Source: Octopus bimaculoides (lineage: Eukaryota). Taken from it: a stretch of DNA of 64,000 nucleotides. The stretch covers positions 48,058,584-48,122,583 of the forward strand of contig NC_068988.1 of assembly GCF_001194135.2 (NCBI RefSeq). Direction: 5' to 3'. The notes under the pieces were generated by a model. It saw only the letters and a program-made list of their open reading frames with translations, was not told where the DNA came from and ran no database searches. Each line of letters starts with the position of its first letter. Positions within the stretch are counted from its first letter, which is position 1. This document shows, piece after piece, positions 49,956 to 63,693 of this stretch. The position numbers and the translations under genes were made by a program.

Positions 49956-50467
49956 CAACTGTTATTGCTATTACACTAGTTTCAACAGATTTTATTTGTT
50001 GGTATGGGTAGGGACATTAAGCCAATTCCAGTTGTTAGTGGAGGACTTGCCAACATCCTCGTGTCGGTTGCCACTGTTGTTGTGAAAGAACTATCAGAAT
50101 GACATTAGCAGCAGTCACACAGTGTTCGGTTTCAAGGAAAATATCTGTACAAATAGCTCTTCCATTTGAAGGACTCGTTGGCTGTTAATTGACATTTGGT
50201 CTGTCTTGAGCTATCATGTCTTCAAACACTAAATTGAGAAAACTGAGAACTCTACGACTTGTTGATTGACCAATACTTGAGGAAGACATGCTAATTAGAG
50301 AGTTTGATTGAGAGGTCATTTGGCAGTATCTTGGAATTGGTCAAACAAGGTGACTGCATTGGCTTAATAGAATTATGAGAACATACAGCAAATTAGTAAT
50401 GTGTACACAAGAGAGTTTACAAAGACACATACACATGCACGTGCACGTGCACACACACACATGCATA

Positions 50468-50519
<52 letters not shown>

Positions 50520-51006
50520 NNNNNNNNNNNNNNNNNNNNNNNNNNNNNNNNNNNNNNNNNNNNNNNNNNNNNNNNNNNNNNNNNNNNNNNNNNNNNNNNN
50601 NNNNNNNNNNNNNNNNNNNNNNNNNNNNNNNNNNNNNNNNNNNNNNNNNNNNNNNNNNNNNNNNNNNNNNNNNNNNNNNNNNNNNNNNNNNNNNNNNNNN
50701 NNNNNNNNNNNNNNNNNNNNNNNNNNNNNNNNNNNNNNNNNNNNNNNNNNNNNNNNNNNNNNNNNNNNNNNNNNNNNNNNNNNNNNNNNNNNNNNNNNNN
50801 NNNNNNNNNNNNNNNNNNNNNNNNNNNNNNNNNNNNNNNNNNNNATACACTCATGTTAGCACAAAGGAGCAAAACAAGTTTGAGAAAATAGTATGAAATT
50901 ACCAGACATAGAATAAAGCTACTATTTTATAGAAGCTGAAAAAATATCTCAAGTGGTTAGACTTTCACATAACAATTTATCAACAGTTGCGTTATTCTGG
51001 ATTCTC

Positions 51007-51051
51007 AAAACTATCTGATGAACGGTTGCATGAAACTCTGAACAACAGTTT
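51007..51051 (+). ncRNA. Decayed hammerhead of the 14351 family (likely inactive)
   Basis: aaaactat-CTGATGA-ACG-GTTG-CAT-GAAA-CTCTGAA-CA-ACAGTTT: core intact, stem II and III mismatches, U16.1 changed to C. Confidence 0.55.
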
Positions 51052-51087
51052 ATGAAATTTTTTCCACCTTCAATCACACACACAAGT

Positions 51088-51158
<71 letters not shown>

Positions 51159-53384
51159 ATTCCAGTTGGTATGCTTGAACAATTGTAAATATTCTTACAT
51201 GAAACCATGGGTTGCCTTGTTAACCCAAAATGAAATACATACATATATGTGTGTGTGTGTGTGGAAATAGTTGCGTGACAATTTAGTGTGTAAGGTCGCA
51301 GATCTGAATAGTACCTATATTATACTCCCGCTGCTATGTGAGCCGGTTGATGAACATAATATATTGCATAGAGCTGTTACATAGAACGAAGAGCATATAC
51401 AGTGCAAGAGAATAACAGGGAACAAGTTGTTGGGATTTCGTTTATTTCATTTTCGTTCAGGGCATTCTACTGACCTCCTGTTCGTGTACTTTGTAACGAT
51501 TCGAATCCCTTACCTACACAAATGCTTTCTCTTTTGACAATATTTACTCCACTAAGTACCCATGTCATTATTGTTACCCACCCGATCACCCTCTTTTTCC
51601 TGATTCCTTCCTTGATTGGTGCGTTTTTCTTGAGTATTTATACACGCTACATGCTTATATTCTTCGTATTTCAACGTCGTATCTGAAGATTTGATCTATG
51701 ATTGATTTAATCGAGTATAATTTATAATTATTTACTAATACTACCAACACCACCACTACAAAAACAACTACTACTACTAGCAACAAAAAATTCAGAGTCT
51801 CTACCCATGGATCTCTGGAAATTCAATACTCTCGGGAACTTAATAGCCAGAAACTACCCTACTCCCACATTATCATTCATGTCTTCTATAAAGCTCGACA
51901 AACAACATCTCTTTCTCAAAAAGTGGATAGTATTTTTATCTATCTTTCTCATGTTCAGTGTAAACCATTGGGAATGTTCTCAATTTGAAATACATACAAC
52001 AAGATGTTTTGGAGTAAAGAATATGGCTCTCCAAATTTAATCACATTACTTAAATGATATTGAAGCGGAGACTAATCTTCTTTTGGATCTTCTTCCAACA
52101 TTTTTTTTTGTTGCCTCCGAAACCCAGTTAAAAGACAGGTTATTTAAATTCAAATTCCTCCTTCAATTCCAGTATATTTTATCAGCAATGATAAAATGTA
52201 CTCAGAACACTCTGCAAGAGTTTTGAAGAGTCTCCCGCCATAGGAACCATATGAAAAACAAACAAATATGTGACTAAGGCGTGGTTCCCGACTAATCTAC
52301 GAAGTCAGTAACTCCAAATAAGCACTGATTCAGACCGGGTCAATCTATCCAACCCACGCCAGCTTGGAAAGCAGACATAAAATATTAATGTTATATTTAT
52401 GCTTTTATGTCTGTGTACGTGTATGTACATGTATTAATGTATAGATGTTTATCATACACACACACAACACACACACATGAACAGATGCATAGGGCACTCA
52501 CACACATACGCACATTTATATATTTCAAAAGATAGGCTAATTTTTTTATTAGTTAATCATTCATCTGTCTGTATATTTGTTTCGTTTTTAGTTTTGTTAT
52601 TCATCTTCACTCTGTGGTTAATGACATCGTTAAATCTGTAAATCTAATTTGGAGATACTTTATGTGAAATGTTACTTCATAATTCATACCGTTCATCATC
52701 CTACACACGACATTATTGCTGCTGTTATTATTATTATTATTATTATTGATCGATCGATTAATCAGTTGTTCCCCACCCCCTATGTGTATGTGTGTATGGT
52801 GGAGGTTCGGTTATTGCACATCCGTCTCATGTTTTTGCTTTTTGCAGCAGCGGTGGTGAGGGTTAATTTTTTTTTTTATTAAGTGTAGACGATGATGGGG
52901 GTACCATATAGCTTTCTAATATATTAATTATCTGAACATTTAAAAATTCGTAAAGTCTCCACTTTCATTCAGCTTAAAGAAAAAGAAAAAAACTGTCATG
53001 TTATAAAATAAATTACATTAGCAGGTTTTAAACTGGGATGTGATTACGAACGGTACTTGTATTTGGAGTTGAGGGAATTTATGTGCAAAGGGTTGTGTGG
53101 GTTACGTCGAAGACAGCTAATAAAAATGGCTAACTATTTCAGATATTATGACATCGTTGTTGTCGCCGTAGTCATCGTCTTTGTCATCATCGTCGTCACC
53201 GTCATTGTTATGTGTAATTAAAGATATCATCATCAGTACCGTTATAATTGTCATTTTCATCATCATTGCTGAAACTATTTGCACTCTTTACACGTTGCAT
53301 CATCATCGTCGTCGTCATCGACCTTGTCGTCGACGTCGTCGTCGTCGTTCCCTTCTTCATCTTCCCCTCTTCCTCGACTTCTTC

Positions 53385-53498
53385 CCATTCTTCTTCTTCT
53401 TCTTCTTCTTCTTCTTCTTCTTCTTCTTCTTCTTCTTCTTCTTCTTCTTCTTCTTCTTGTTCTTCTTCTTCTTCTTCTTCTTCTTCTTCTTCTTCTTT

Positions 53499-53530
<32 letters not shown>
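53385..53530. repeat. (TTC)n followed by (CAT)n microsatellite
   Basis: Directly visible; source of the poly-S/F/L/E ORFs. Confidence 0.95.
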
Positions 53531-53759
53531 ACCCACCTTTTATTAGCTCGGAGTAGAATTTATAACTTTTATCTGCATGTGTGCGTGTGTATGTATTTAC
53601 ACACACACAATCACACACACATACACATACACACGCACACATATGTATCATCAACACAATCATAATTTTGCCTGTTTTTTTTATTATTTTCTAAGGCAAT
53701 ATTTTGCTGCCGATGCCCTTCTTGATAAGTTTAGCTACATCTTATGTCACATAATGTGT

Positions 53760-53806
<47 letters not shown>

Positions 53807-54465
53807 CGTTTAATTTAGATCGGCCCGACATATGTTTCTCTTGCATGGATGTCTCTCGGGATGTGGTTTTCATTTGCATCTACTTTTGTCGTCTGCTTAA
53901 GAGTCTATGCAGATTTATTGAAGTTGTTTATTCAGTTAATGGCACAATGGGGCGACAATGTAATATTCATAACGTTAATCTTAACTTGATGATTAGCTAC
54001 ATTGGACAGAGCTCATTACATATCAACTGCATCAAGGGCTTCGTGTAGTTAGGAAACATATGTAGCGTGCATTTTACCTGCTCCACTCCCTCAATTTAGA
54101 TTTCTGTTCGCATTTTTAGCACTGCGAGCTATATAGAAACTATTAGCTTATCGAATTTCTTCGCAACCTCGATAGAGGAAAAAGTGCGTAACTCTCGATG
54201 CTAATAAATTCTTATTGTATCTTACCGTATACTGTCCATATTTCGCTCTCTGCACCAGCCACTCACTGCTTGAATCTTACAAACTTCCTACACCCAAATC
54301 GTATACGTGTGTATATATATATATATNNNNNNNNNNNNNNNNNNNNNNNNNNNNNNNNNNNNNNNNNNNNNNNNNNNNNNNNNNNNNNNNNNNNNNNNNN
54401 NNNNNNNNNNNNNNNNNNNNNNNNNNNNNNNNNNNNNNNNNNNNNNNNNNNNNNNNNNNNNNNNT

Positions 54466-55215
54466 AAAGGTTTAATAAAAAATAACAACTAATTAATCAA
54501 TAATGTATTCACCTTTGTTGTTTACAATTTCTTCCCAACGTTCAACAAGATTTACAATACCTCGTTGGTAGAAATCACCCGATTTCGACTCGAAAAATTG
54601 ATCCACCAAGCTCTCAATTCTGCATCAGTATTGAACGAAACTCCGCGCATAGCATTTGAAAGAGATCGAAAGAGGTGGAAATCCGTTGGTACCAAATCAA
54701 GAGAGTACGGCGGGTGTGGCAGCACTTCCCACCTATGCGTTTGAATGGCTTCCTTGGTCATATTGGCGATATGAGGGCGGGCGTTGTCGTGCAGCAGAAG
54801 AACTCCATGCTAATGATTAGGTTTTTTTACTCTTGAATAGCCATGTTGAGTCGTTCCATCTGTTGAAGATGGAGTTCCGCGTTGATTGTTTGGTTCCGTT
54901 CAAGCAATTCGTAATGGATAATCCCTTCCCAGTCCCACCATACGCACAATATCGTTTTACGCGGATGAAGATCTTGTTTCACGCGCAGTGTAGCTTGTTT
55001 ACCGGGGCTAAGCCATTCTTTACGCTGCTTCATATTGATGTACAGGCACCATTTTCCGTCGCCAGTAACGATTCGGTAAAGAAATCGTTGCTTGTGTCCA
55101 TGAGTTGAGCAGTGACGAGCAAGCAAACCAGCGGAGATTGTGGCTCGTTGATTTTGTTGTCACTTAAAGCATGCGGAACCCATGCTCCATACTTCTCCAT
55201 ACCATTTCGTGCATG
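54466..55215 (-). mobile_element. Mariner DD34D transposase pseudogene, 5'-truncated
   Basis: WVPHAL, IVTGDGKW, CVWWD, YELL, HDNARPH, PYSLDLVPTDFHLFRSL; I count 34 residues between the 2nd and 3rd D. Frameshifts and a stop; ORF ends at 54493. Confidence 0.92.
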
Positions 55216-55314
55216 TTTGTGTGTATGTGTGTATGCACGTGTGTGTGTGTGTGTGCGCGTGCCTTTGTGTATGTGGATATGCGTGCATGCGTGTGTTTTT
55301 GAAGTGAAGATCCA

Positions 55315-55605
55315 TAACTTAGTGGTTGGGGTATTCGACTCGTGATTGTAAGATTGTGAGTTCGATACCCAGCAGCGCGTTGTGTCTTGACCAGGCCACG
55401 TTATTTCACATTACTCGACCACTCAGCTGGTAAAAATAAACTGTACCTGTAATTCAAAGGGCTAGCCATGTCGCATTCTATGTCGCGCTGAGTCTCACTG
55501 AGAACTACAGTGAGGGAATGCGTGTCTGTGGAGTGCTCAGCCACGTGCTGATTAATTTCACGCGCAGGCTGTTCTGTTGATCGGATCAGCTGGAAAACTT
55601 GTCGT
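55315..55605 (+). mobile_element. tRNA-derived SINE with family D tail
   Basis: agtggttggggtattcgactcg..gagttcgataccc head; core like 17878/18266; tail ctgtaattcaaaggg...gtggagtgctcagccac...gatcggatcagctgga like 62362. Confidence 0.65.
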
Positions 55606-55949
55606 TGCACCAAACTGTGATGATGATAATGACGACGATGACGACGACGATGATGGTGAGGTTGATGATGAGATCTAATGTATTATTAAGCTGTGATGTG
55701 TGGCTTGAGTAAAATTCAAGCGTAACTTTTAGCAGTTTGAGCAACCGCATAAGAACCTCTTCGTTGGCACACTGAAATTATTGTTTAAATTTAGGTCAAC
55801 TGATCGAATCAAATAAACTGTCATTGGAACCATTCCAGCCGTGACAATCACACCTTTCTTGCACATCAGAGACTATATTGCTGTTATCTCTGTTAGGCCA
55901 AACGTTCACATAGAGACCTCTATCGTCGTTAAGATGGTGGTGGCAGCAG

Positions 55950-55973
55950 CGGCGGCGGCGGCGGCGGCGGCGG
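55950..55973. repeat. (GGC)n repeat running into a gap
   Basis: Directly visible. Confidence 0.9.
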
Positions 55974-56332
55974 NNNNNNNNNNNNNNNNNNNNNNNNNNN
56001 NNNNNNNNNNNNNNNNNNNNNNNNNNNNNNNNNNNNNNNNNNNNNNNNNNNNNNNNNNNNNNNNNNNNNNNNNNNNNNNNNNNNNNNNNNNNNNNNNNNN
56101 NNNNNNNNNNNNNNNNNNNNNNNNNNNNNNNNNNNNNNNNNNNNNNNNNNNNNNNNNNNNNNNNNNNNNNNNNNNNNNNNNNNNNNNNNNNNNNNNNNNN
56201 NNNNNNNNNNNNNNNNNNNNNNNNNNNNNNNNNNNNNNNNNNNNNNNNNNNNNNNNNNNNNNNNNNNNNNNNNNNNNNNNNNNNNNNNNNNNNNNNNNNN
56301 NNNNNNNNNNNNNNNNNNNNNNNNNNNNNNNN

Positions 56333-56408
<76 letters not shown>

Positions 56409-57299
56409 AACAGGAGAAAGTTCTAATGACGAAGTTAATTAAACAACTAATGGGAGTATATTGAATTAAAGTATTGTTTGAATAGATGTATGTATAATGC
56501 TGTTGGGAGCAGATAATTGTGCATTAAGTGCAATTTTATATTTCATTATAAGTAAGGAGTTAGTAATGTGTCTGTCTCTTTTGTGTTATTATAAATGGCA
56601 ATTTACTAGTAATTGCTGAAGTTTTCCAGCCTAATCGCAGACTGAAGTCACGCTGAAAATTTCCAAATATCATTTAATACAGTGTGTGTGTGTGTGTGCG
56701 TTCTTTTATTCATTCATTCTTTCACTGGTTCCAGTTACTGGACTATGCCCAACCTGGGGCATTAGCCATGAGGATTATTATTCGATCATTCTTTTTCATT
56801 TTTGGCACTGATTATAGCGTTCTATCTTTATCGAATTGTTAAGTTACTTTTTGACGTATAAGGAATATAATTCAAAATAGCTGATTTCCATCAAGATAAA
56901 GAAATACAGACATACACCCACACACACCATCATCTTCATCATAATCATACGTCTTTTTTTGGTGGTATAGGTTGGTAACTTTTTGAATCACTGTTATGCA
57001 GCAGGGCACCCTTCCTCACACTAACCATTTAATCACGTCTGGTTATATAAAAACCAAATGATGTACCTATCCAAAATGTGCTCCAGTTCTAAAATATGGT
57101 TGCACACGCACACGTGCGCACGCAAACACAGGACCGTCTTGGCAGCCTTATTGATTACCGGGCAAATCAAAACACTGGACCTTGTAGTTTTTATAGACTG
57201 CAAATCACAGCATACGTACATCAGAATTGGATCCCTAGATTCGCGCGACACTTGAGCAACTGCACTGTGTGTTCATGAACTTAAAACGGCACTGCACAC

Positions 57300-57353
<54 letters not shown>

Positions 57354-60300
57354 ATCAACTTCTGCATATTTTCGTTCTACTAAGATATTGATCATCTGGA
57401 GTCAACACTTCAAGACATTTTTCCTCTCTTGCACTGAGATAGAACTTCGTGCTATATGGTTACAAATCATACCTTTTTAATACACTGATGTTTAGGCTCT
57501 TATATGTATGTGTGTATTATTATTATAAAGGTATAAAGATTAGTTTGTGATCGCATGTAATGACTTCCAGTAATCAGTCACATTTCTTTATATGAATTCA
57601 AATTCTCCAGGGGTTATCTTTAGCCTTTATCTTTCTGAAATCGATAAAATAAACACTTATCAAGAACTGGGTTCAGATATGAATGTGTCGACAAATAATT
57701 GGTATTGCGATGAGACGGCAAAATTTTCTCCTAAACCCAGTAAAAGAAACACAAAACAAAATACAGTTAGCCAAACACGCATTGAAAATGCTTCCAATTA
57801 AGACCCAAAAATAACAGCCATACAACCGACACACAAAAATTCAAACAAGCAATACAAACATTAGACAGAAATAAAAGACTGTATCCACTCCACTGGATAT
57901 AAATAAATAATCATATTGAAATGTAACACTTCTCGCCTGAAGATCGCATCTGCATGAAACTGGATTTGTGTAAATCAGTTCATATATGCATGAGTGTGCG
58001 TATACATGTACACTCACATATATATACATACATACACACACATACACATACAGATGAGGATGGTTCGTTAATTATTCACAATGCACTTATAATGTTTCTT
58101 ATTTGCGACATCCTCTCCCTTTAGTTACCAAGATGTAGGTTTGAACTTGAAATTAGAAAACTTAAGTTTTTACTTAAACAGAACTATTACCCTCCAAACA
58201 CACACACACGCGCGCGCACACCGCACGCATGTACACACCGTGCATACACAAACGCACGCACTCACGCATATTCATCAATGTATATATATGCGTGTGTTTT
58301 GCCTGTGAATATGTTTATGTCTGTCTGCATACATATGCACATATGATACCAGCTGTGTCATTTGTTATTTTTTTTTTATTAGAAAACCAAAGACAAAGAA
58401 GTTTATTTCTCTTCTCCAACGAACTCCACCCTAGACTTGAACAAAAAATAACATTTTTTTATATAACAATCACCATCATCACCACCATCATCACAANNNN
58501 NNNNNNNNNNNNNNNNNNNNNNNNNNNNNNNNNNNNNNNNNNNNNNNNNNNNNNNNNNNNNNNNNNNNNNNNNNNNNNNNNNNNNNNNNNNNNNNNNNNN
58601 NNNNNNNNNNNNNNNNNNNNNNNNNNNNNNNNNNNNNNNNNNNNNNNNNNNNNNNNNNNNNNNNNNNNNNNNNNNNNNNNNNNNNNNNNNNNNNNNNNNN
58701 NNNNNNNNNNNNNNNNNNNNNNNNNNNNNNNNNNNNNNNNNNNNNNNNNNNNNNNNNNNNNNNNNNNNNNNNNNNNNNNNNNNNNNNNNNNNNNNNNNNN
58801 NNNNNNNNNNNNNNNNNNNNNNNNNNNNNNNNNNNNNNNNNNNNNNNNNNNNNNNNNNNNNNNNNNNNNNNNNNNNNNNNNNNNNNNNNNNNNNNNNNNN
58901 NNNNNNNNNNNNNNNNNNNNNNNNNNNNNNNNNNNNNNNNNNNNNNNNNNNNNNNNNNNNNNNNNNNNNNNNNNNNNNNNNNNNNNNNNNNNNNNNNNNN
59001 NNNNNNNNNNNNNNNNNNNNNNNNNNNNNNNNNNNNNNNNNNNNNNNNNNNNNNNNNNNNNNNNNNNNNNNNNNNNNNNNNNNNNNNNNNTATATATGCA
59101 TATGTTTATATATATATGTGCTTGCATATACATTCACGCATACATACGTGTGTGTGTGTGTGTGTGTGTGTGTTTGTGTGTGTTTGTGTGTGTGTGTGTG
59201 TGTGTGCGTGTGTGCGCGTGTGTGTGTGTGTGTGTGTGTGTATCAGGTTGACAGGTGGTCTGATACTTGACTTCGACACCGACCTGATCAGAACAAAAAG
59301 AGTTCCATTTTAGCCAGAACACATCAAAAGGAATCAGAGCAAGTATTGGCTTTTTAGATGTCTACACTGATATATTGTGCATTGTCATAATGTCTGACAG
59401 CTTATGACCAAACACATTCTAGCGCCTTCCTTTCTTACATCATCCCTACACGAGACAATCACTACGCCTCTGCAAGGCTACTTAACTTGCAAGATATAAC
59501 AGGTTGATTTATCAGACTTACTTGAAAATTTTCCCTACCGTCTTAGAACATAGTGTATTTCACAATTTGGTCCAATAGCCCCAGCACGTAGGACAAAAAT
59601 AAGACAAGTTGTCTAGACTGACTTTGACCACATTCGTACAGGATCAGAGTAAACTTGGGATTTAATCTCCTCTTCTTGTCAATATCTTTTGAGATGAGAC
59701 AGTCAGAAAACCACTGTGTGGTTGCTTACGCGGATAGAAACCAATTATGGTAATAGTAGCTGGTGTACGTAAGAGGATGGCGTTCCTCAATGCGCAGTGT
59801 TGGCTGGCTTATGACATTTTGTTCCACCTTCTCATCCTCAGCAACTTGGTCTTTAGCGAACTCCTATTTCTTTAGATTCATTTCCATCACTGCCAGAAAC
59901 TGTTGTCAAATTTCCACAAATCATGCACTAATGTTACAAAAATCGAAGAACTCATCGATCAAGATGTTCTTTTATACAAAATAAGTAAACAAACCTAGAT
60001 GGTCACGGTTGGAATGTTTTTGATCTCATGCCTGCTAGATCAGAGCTGACCAGGACTCACATAGCAACAGTATCTAAAAATAAAAGATTGCTACATGGTT
60101 ATTACATCTGCTAGAAATGACACGAATTTGCTAGAAATCAAACTCTGACATTTTATTATTTGAGGAGTTATTGGATATCGTGCACTGTAAATGCCCAGGG
60201 TACACTGTGACAGTGCACTGCATTTGAATCGTTGTTAGAGAAGTAACTGATGAAGGCCACAACGTACAGGTGATCTTGGCCTATATTTCCACCAATCATC

Positions 60301-61479
60301 ATTCACATGTATTGGTATTGTGATGAGATCAAATGGAAATTTCCATTCAGTTTTGCCCTAAATCAGAGTTATAATTCAAGACATGGAGGATATAAAATTG
60401 CAGAACTATTTTTTAGATAACTGCAGCTACGTCAACCCGACCGCCTATTAAAAGATCTATTCTCACCAAGTATACATTCTCAACTCTTGCCAAGCTTACA
60501 TTCTCACACATTAACTACTATTATTCAGCATAACAGCTTATGTAACTACTGTAACATCTATCTGCAAATAGAGATATTACTAAAATCTTAATATCATGAT
60601 TGGTTTTATTTGGAAGCAGCACGCTGTCAGACCAAATAATGCAGCTCCCAGCAAACCAAATCCACAACACTATAACTAATAAAAGTGGAATGGTCTTAGT
60701 TAATAAACCTTTGAATATAAGTTTCTTTACTTCAGTTATAACATGGATTAAAACAACAAAAATAGCATGCTGTGCATTATGTATAAGGTAATGCAATCCT
60801 AGATACACCGTTTGCCTAAAACTCACAACTGCAACAGCTTTCATCAGAATGAATGAATCAGAATTGACCAGGGATTAAACAATGCAAAAACAAGAAACAT
60901 CTCACTCCAGTTAATGGTAGCAAATCTATGTGTTTGCCTATTCAATCTGGTAGATATAGCCAAACACCTTCAAATTAAACCCAACTACCTCAAGCAAAGT
61001 GACAAACAGTTCCAAATCACAGGAATCGAATGTTTTTAATTAAAGGTTGACTTGGAAATAAGCAGCATCATTTCTCATACTATGAGTGAAAGTCTTTATA
61101 TGGTTGCTTGATCTACCAAAATTCACAAGCAAATACTAAATAATACTCCAATTGTTTATAAAAGAATACCATCTAATAATGTAATCGTGGGTAGACTATT
61201 GCTGAAAGTAACTCAAGTTGATTACTCTTGGAATACGTTCATTCATTTAGAGTGAAATAACCACAATAACAATGTCCATTATCTAACATTTACATTTTAT
61301 TATGGTTGCAGATGTTGTTGCTATTGTTGATGTTGCTAGAGTTGTTTTGTTTTTATTGTTGCTCTTTTTTTGCTCCTACTGTTACTACTATTTATGTTGT
61401 TGCATACTGTTGTTGTTCTTGTTGTCGACGTCGCAGTTGTTGTTGCTGGTGGTTTTTGCAATGATGGTATCTACAACAA

Positions 61480-61760
61480 TGGAGAAACTTTCTTTACCAT
61501 ATCTTGTCTTGCTTGTATAGACAGAACCTCTGAGATGGACAACTTTCCACAGGTACGGCTTCTTAGTCACCTGCTCTCCACAATTATGTGTGGTTTTGCC
61601 CTATTCGGTAGGCATATAAGGTCTGTGATCATTTTTAGGTGCCCGAAATTTACACGGAGAAGGATCTCTAGTCTCATACCAGATCTCCTACTTCTTTCTT
61701 TTCCTTGCAATAGGATTTCCATCCCCTTCAAAACTATACATGTCAATATCCGTCAGTGAT
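61480..61760 (-). mobile_element. Possible LINE ORF1 (gag-like CCHC knuckle) relic
   Basis: DLICLPNRAKPHIIVESR*LRSRTCGK-(fs)-VHLRGS loosely resembles IVEGR.P.C..CG..GH...C. Confidence 0.3.
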
Positions 61761-62361
61761 CACACTATCGTGGGACTTCGGAATTGTCGTCTTCACTGTT
61801 GCGAGTGACCCCTGAATGTTGTACTGTGAAGGCCTCAATCTTAAATAAAAGTTCGGCTCTACCAAACTGCCTTGCATTCAATATATATTCTATATCCTAT
61901 CATACAATACAGAAGGCCCTTTCTACTCATGAATTCGTAGCCCTCCAAGCAACAAGTTTGTTAAATTCTTGCAATGATACAGTAAAGTCTTTCTAGCAAT
62001 TACAGCATGAGTTTCAGGAGGGAGCATACATTTCTATCAGTTTTCGTAACTGAATCGAGATCGGATAATTTCTCGCACTTATTTTGCAAGGAGAGACATT
62101 ATAGTTCTCTTGTGGAGACTACTCTAGTGAAGAAAGCCATGCCATTGTTGCTGTTGGAGTGTTATTGTTCTGTGCTCTGCCGGCATTAAGACTACCACCA
62201 TTGTTGATGTCCTTGCTGTTGAGACTGTCTCTACTTTTGCTGCTGCTGTTGATCCCGCTGTCTACTCCTGCTGCTACAGTTTGTAGTTTTAGTGGTGTCT
62301 CTGGTGGTTACTGCCACTGTCGTTGCTGCTGTTTTTGTTCTTGTTTGTAGTTTTTCTTTGT

Positions 62362-62741
62362 GGAGGCGCAATGGCCCAGTGTTTAGGGTAGCGGAAAGGC
62401 GGTCATAGGATTGCGGTTTGGATTCCCAGACCGGGCGTTGTGAGTGTTTATTGAGCAAAAACACCTAAAGCTCCACGTGGCTCCGACGGGGGATGGTGGA
62501 GAACCCTGCTGTACTCTTTCACCATAACTTTCTCTCACTCTTACTTCTTGTTTCTGTTGTGCCTGTAATTTAAAGGGCCAGCCTTGTCACTCTGTGTCAC
62601 GCTGAATTTCCCCGAGAACTATGTTAAGGGTACACGTGTCTGTGGAGTGCTCAGCCACTTACACGTTAATTTCAGGAGCAGGCTGTTCCGTTGATCGGAT
62701 CAACTGGAACCCTCGACGTCGTAAGCGACGGAGTGCCAACA
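62362..62741 (+). mobile_element. SINE family D, full length
   Basis: ggaggcgcaatggcccagtgtttaggg A box, ggtttggattcc B box, ends ggagtgccaaca. Confidence 0.9.
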
Positions 62742-62807
62742 TATTTTTTCCTTATTGTTATGGTTGGCGGTGGCAGTAACTCCAGTAGTGGTAGTGGTGG
62801 CAGCATT

Positions 62808-63640
62808 CATGCATTCAGCACTGTCATGTCACCTTTTGTATTCACGCTGTGTCAATTTCAGGTATTCACTAACAAAGCGCCACAGTGTTTCATCTCTGTC
62901 ATCACACATTTTTTTTTTATTTGTCACTCATATGTTTTATCAATTCTGCACTTCACATAGTGTGCCTTCAAAGTTCCTTTTAGTGCCGCACATGTAAGTG
63001 CTTCTGTTTCTATCTTCAGGTTACTCCTCGGTATCCATAATCATCGGCTTTCTGTATCTGTTTTTGCGCTCGTATCTCTAGCAAACTGACCATACAATTT
63101 TTCTTTCCAAATCATTTCATTTTTCATAAATTTTGCATCCTAGAATCTAACTTTCTCAACAGAATTATAAGTTTTGACGATGCCAGACATCTTCACATGC
63201 ACCAGCAAGAGTACCATAGCATTTTTACATACTACCCTAATATATTTTCTTCTGATTCAACACATTCTTGATAACTGATTAAAAATCTCCCACCCTTTCT
63301 TCTGGACAAGTATATCCAATCAGTGTTACTCTTAGGATGAAATATTCTGTCCAACGGCAATAATTTCCCTGTCTTCGGGTCCTTATTTATCAGTTCATTT
63401 CTTCTTATTTTTGTGCAAGTTTATCACTCCCGCTCCATACCTAAGTGATATTATCACACACTGCTTTGAATTTATTCCATCCATTCGATGTTGACCGCAA
63501 CACCAATCATGATCTTAGGAAATACTCTTTCTTCAGCTGTTATTTCATTTCCGTCTCCACGATTTCACTGCTAAGGTACTTGTAGCCTTCATTTTCAGAC
63601 GCATTACACCACACTCCTTGAGTCCGAATTCCATCTTAAA
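62808..63640 (-). mobile_element. R4/Dong-clade LINE RT/thumb/Zn-knuckle relic
   Basis: MEFGLKECG, GYKYL, LRYGAGVI, FHPKSNTDWIYLSRRKGGR, WKEKLYGQFAR, LKIETEAL, CDDRDETLWRFVSEYLKLTQREYKR*HD. Confidence 0.8.
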
Positions 63641-63656
63641 TTAAGCACTAGAACAC

Positions 63657-63657
<1 letters not shown>

Positions 63658-63693
<36 letters not shown>

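Noticed and set aside
52020-52140. FFVASETQLK resembling a LINE endonuclease ET motif
   Set aside because: Single short motif with no supporting downstream EN motifs.
57936-57995. CTGAAGA...GAAAC hammerhead-like motif
   Set aside because: Stem II base is unpaired and stem I cannot close adjacent to the core.
59300-59990. Complex, coding-looking minus-strand stretch (EFAKDQVAEDEKVEQNVISQP...)
   Set aside because: About five stops in ~145 codons is not clearly below chance, and no family motif was recognised.
62362-62440. tRNA-like A/B boxes (also at 45072, 18266, 55315)
   Set aside because: No complete cloverleaf, and each continues into a SINE body; these are SINE heads, not tRNA genes.
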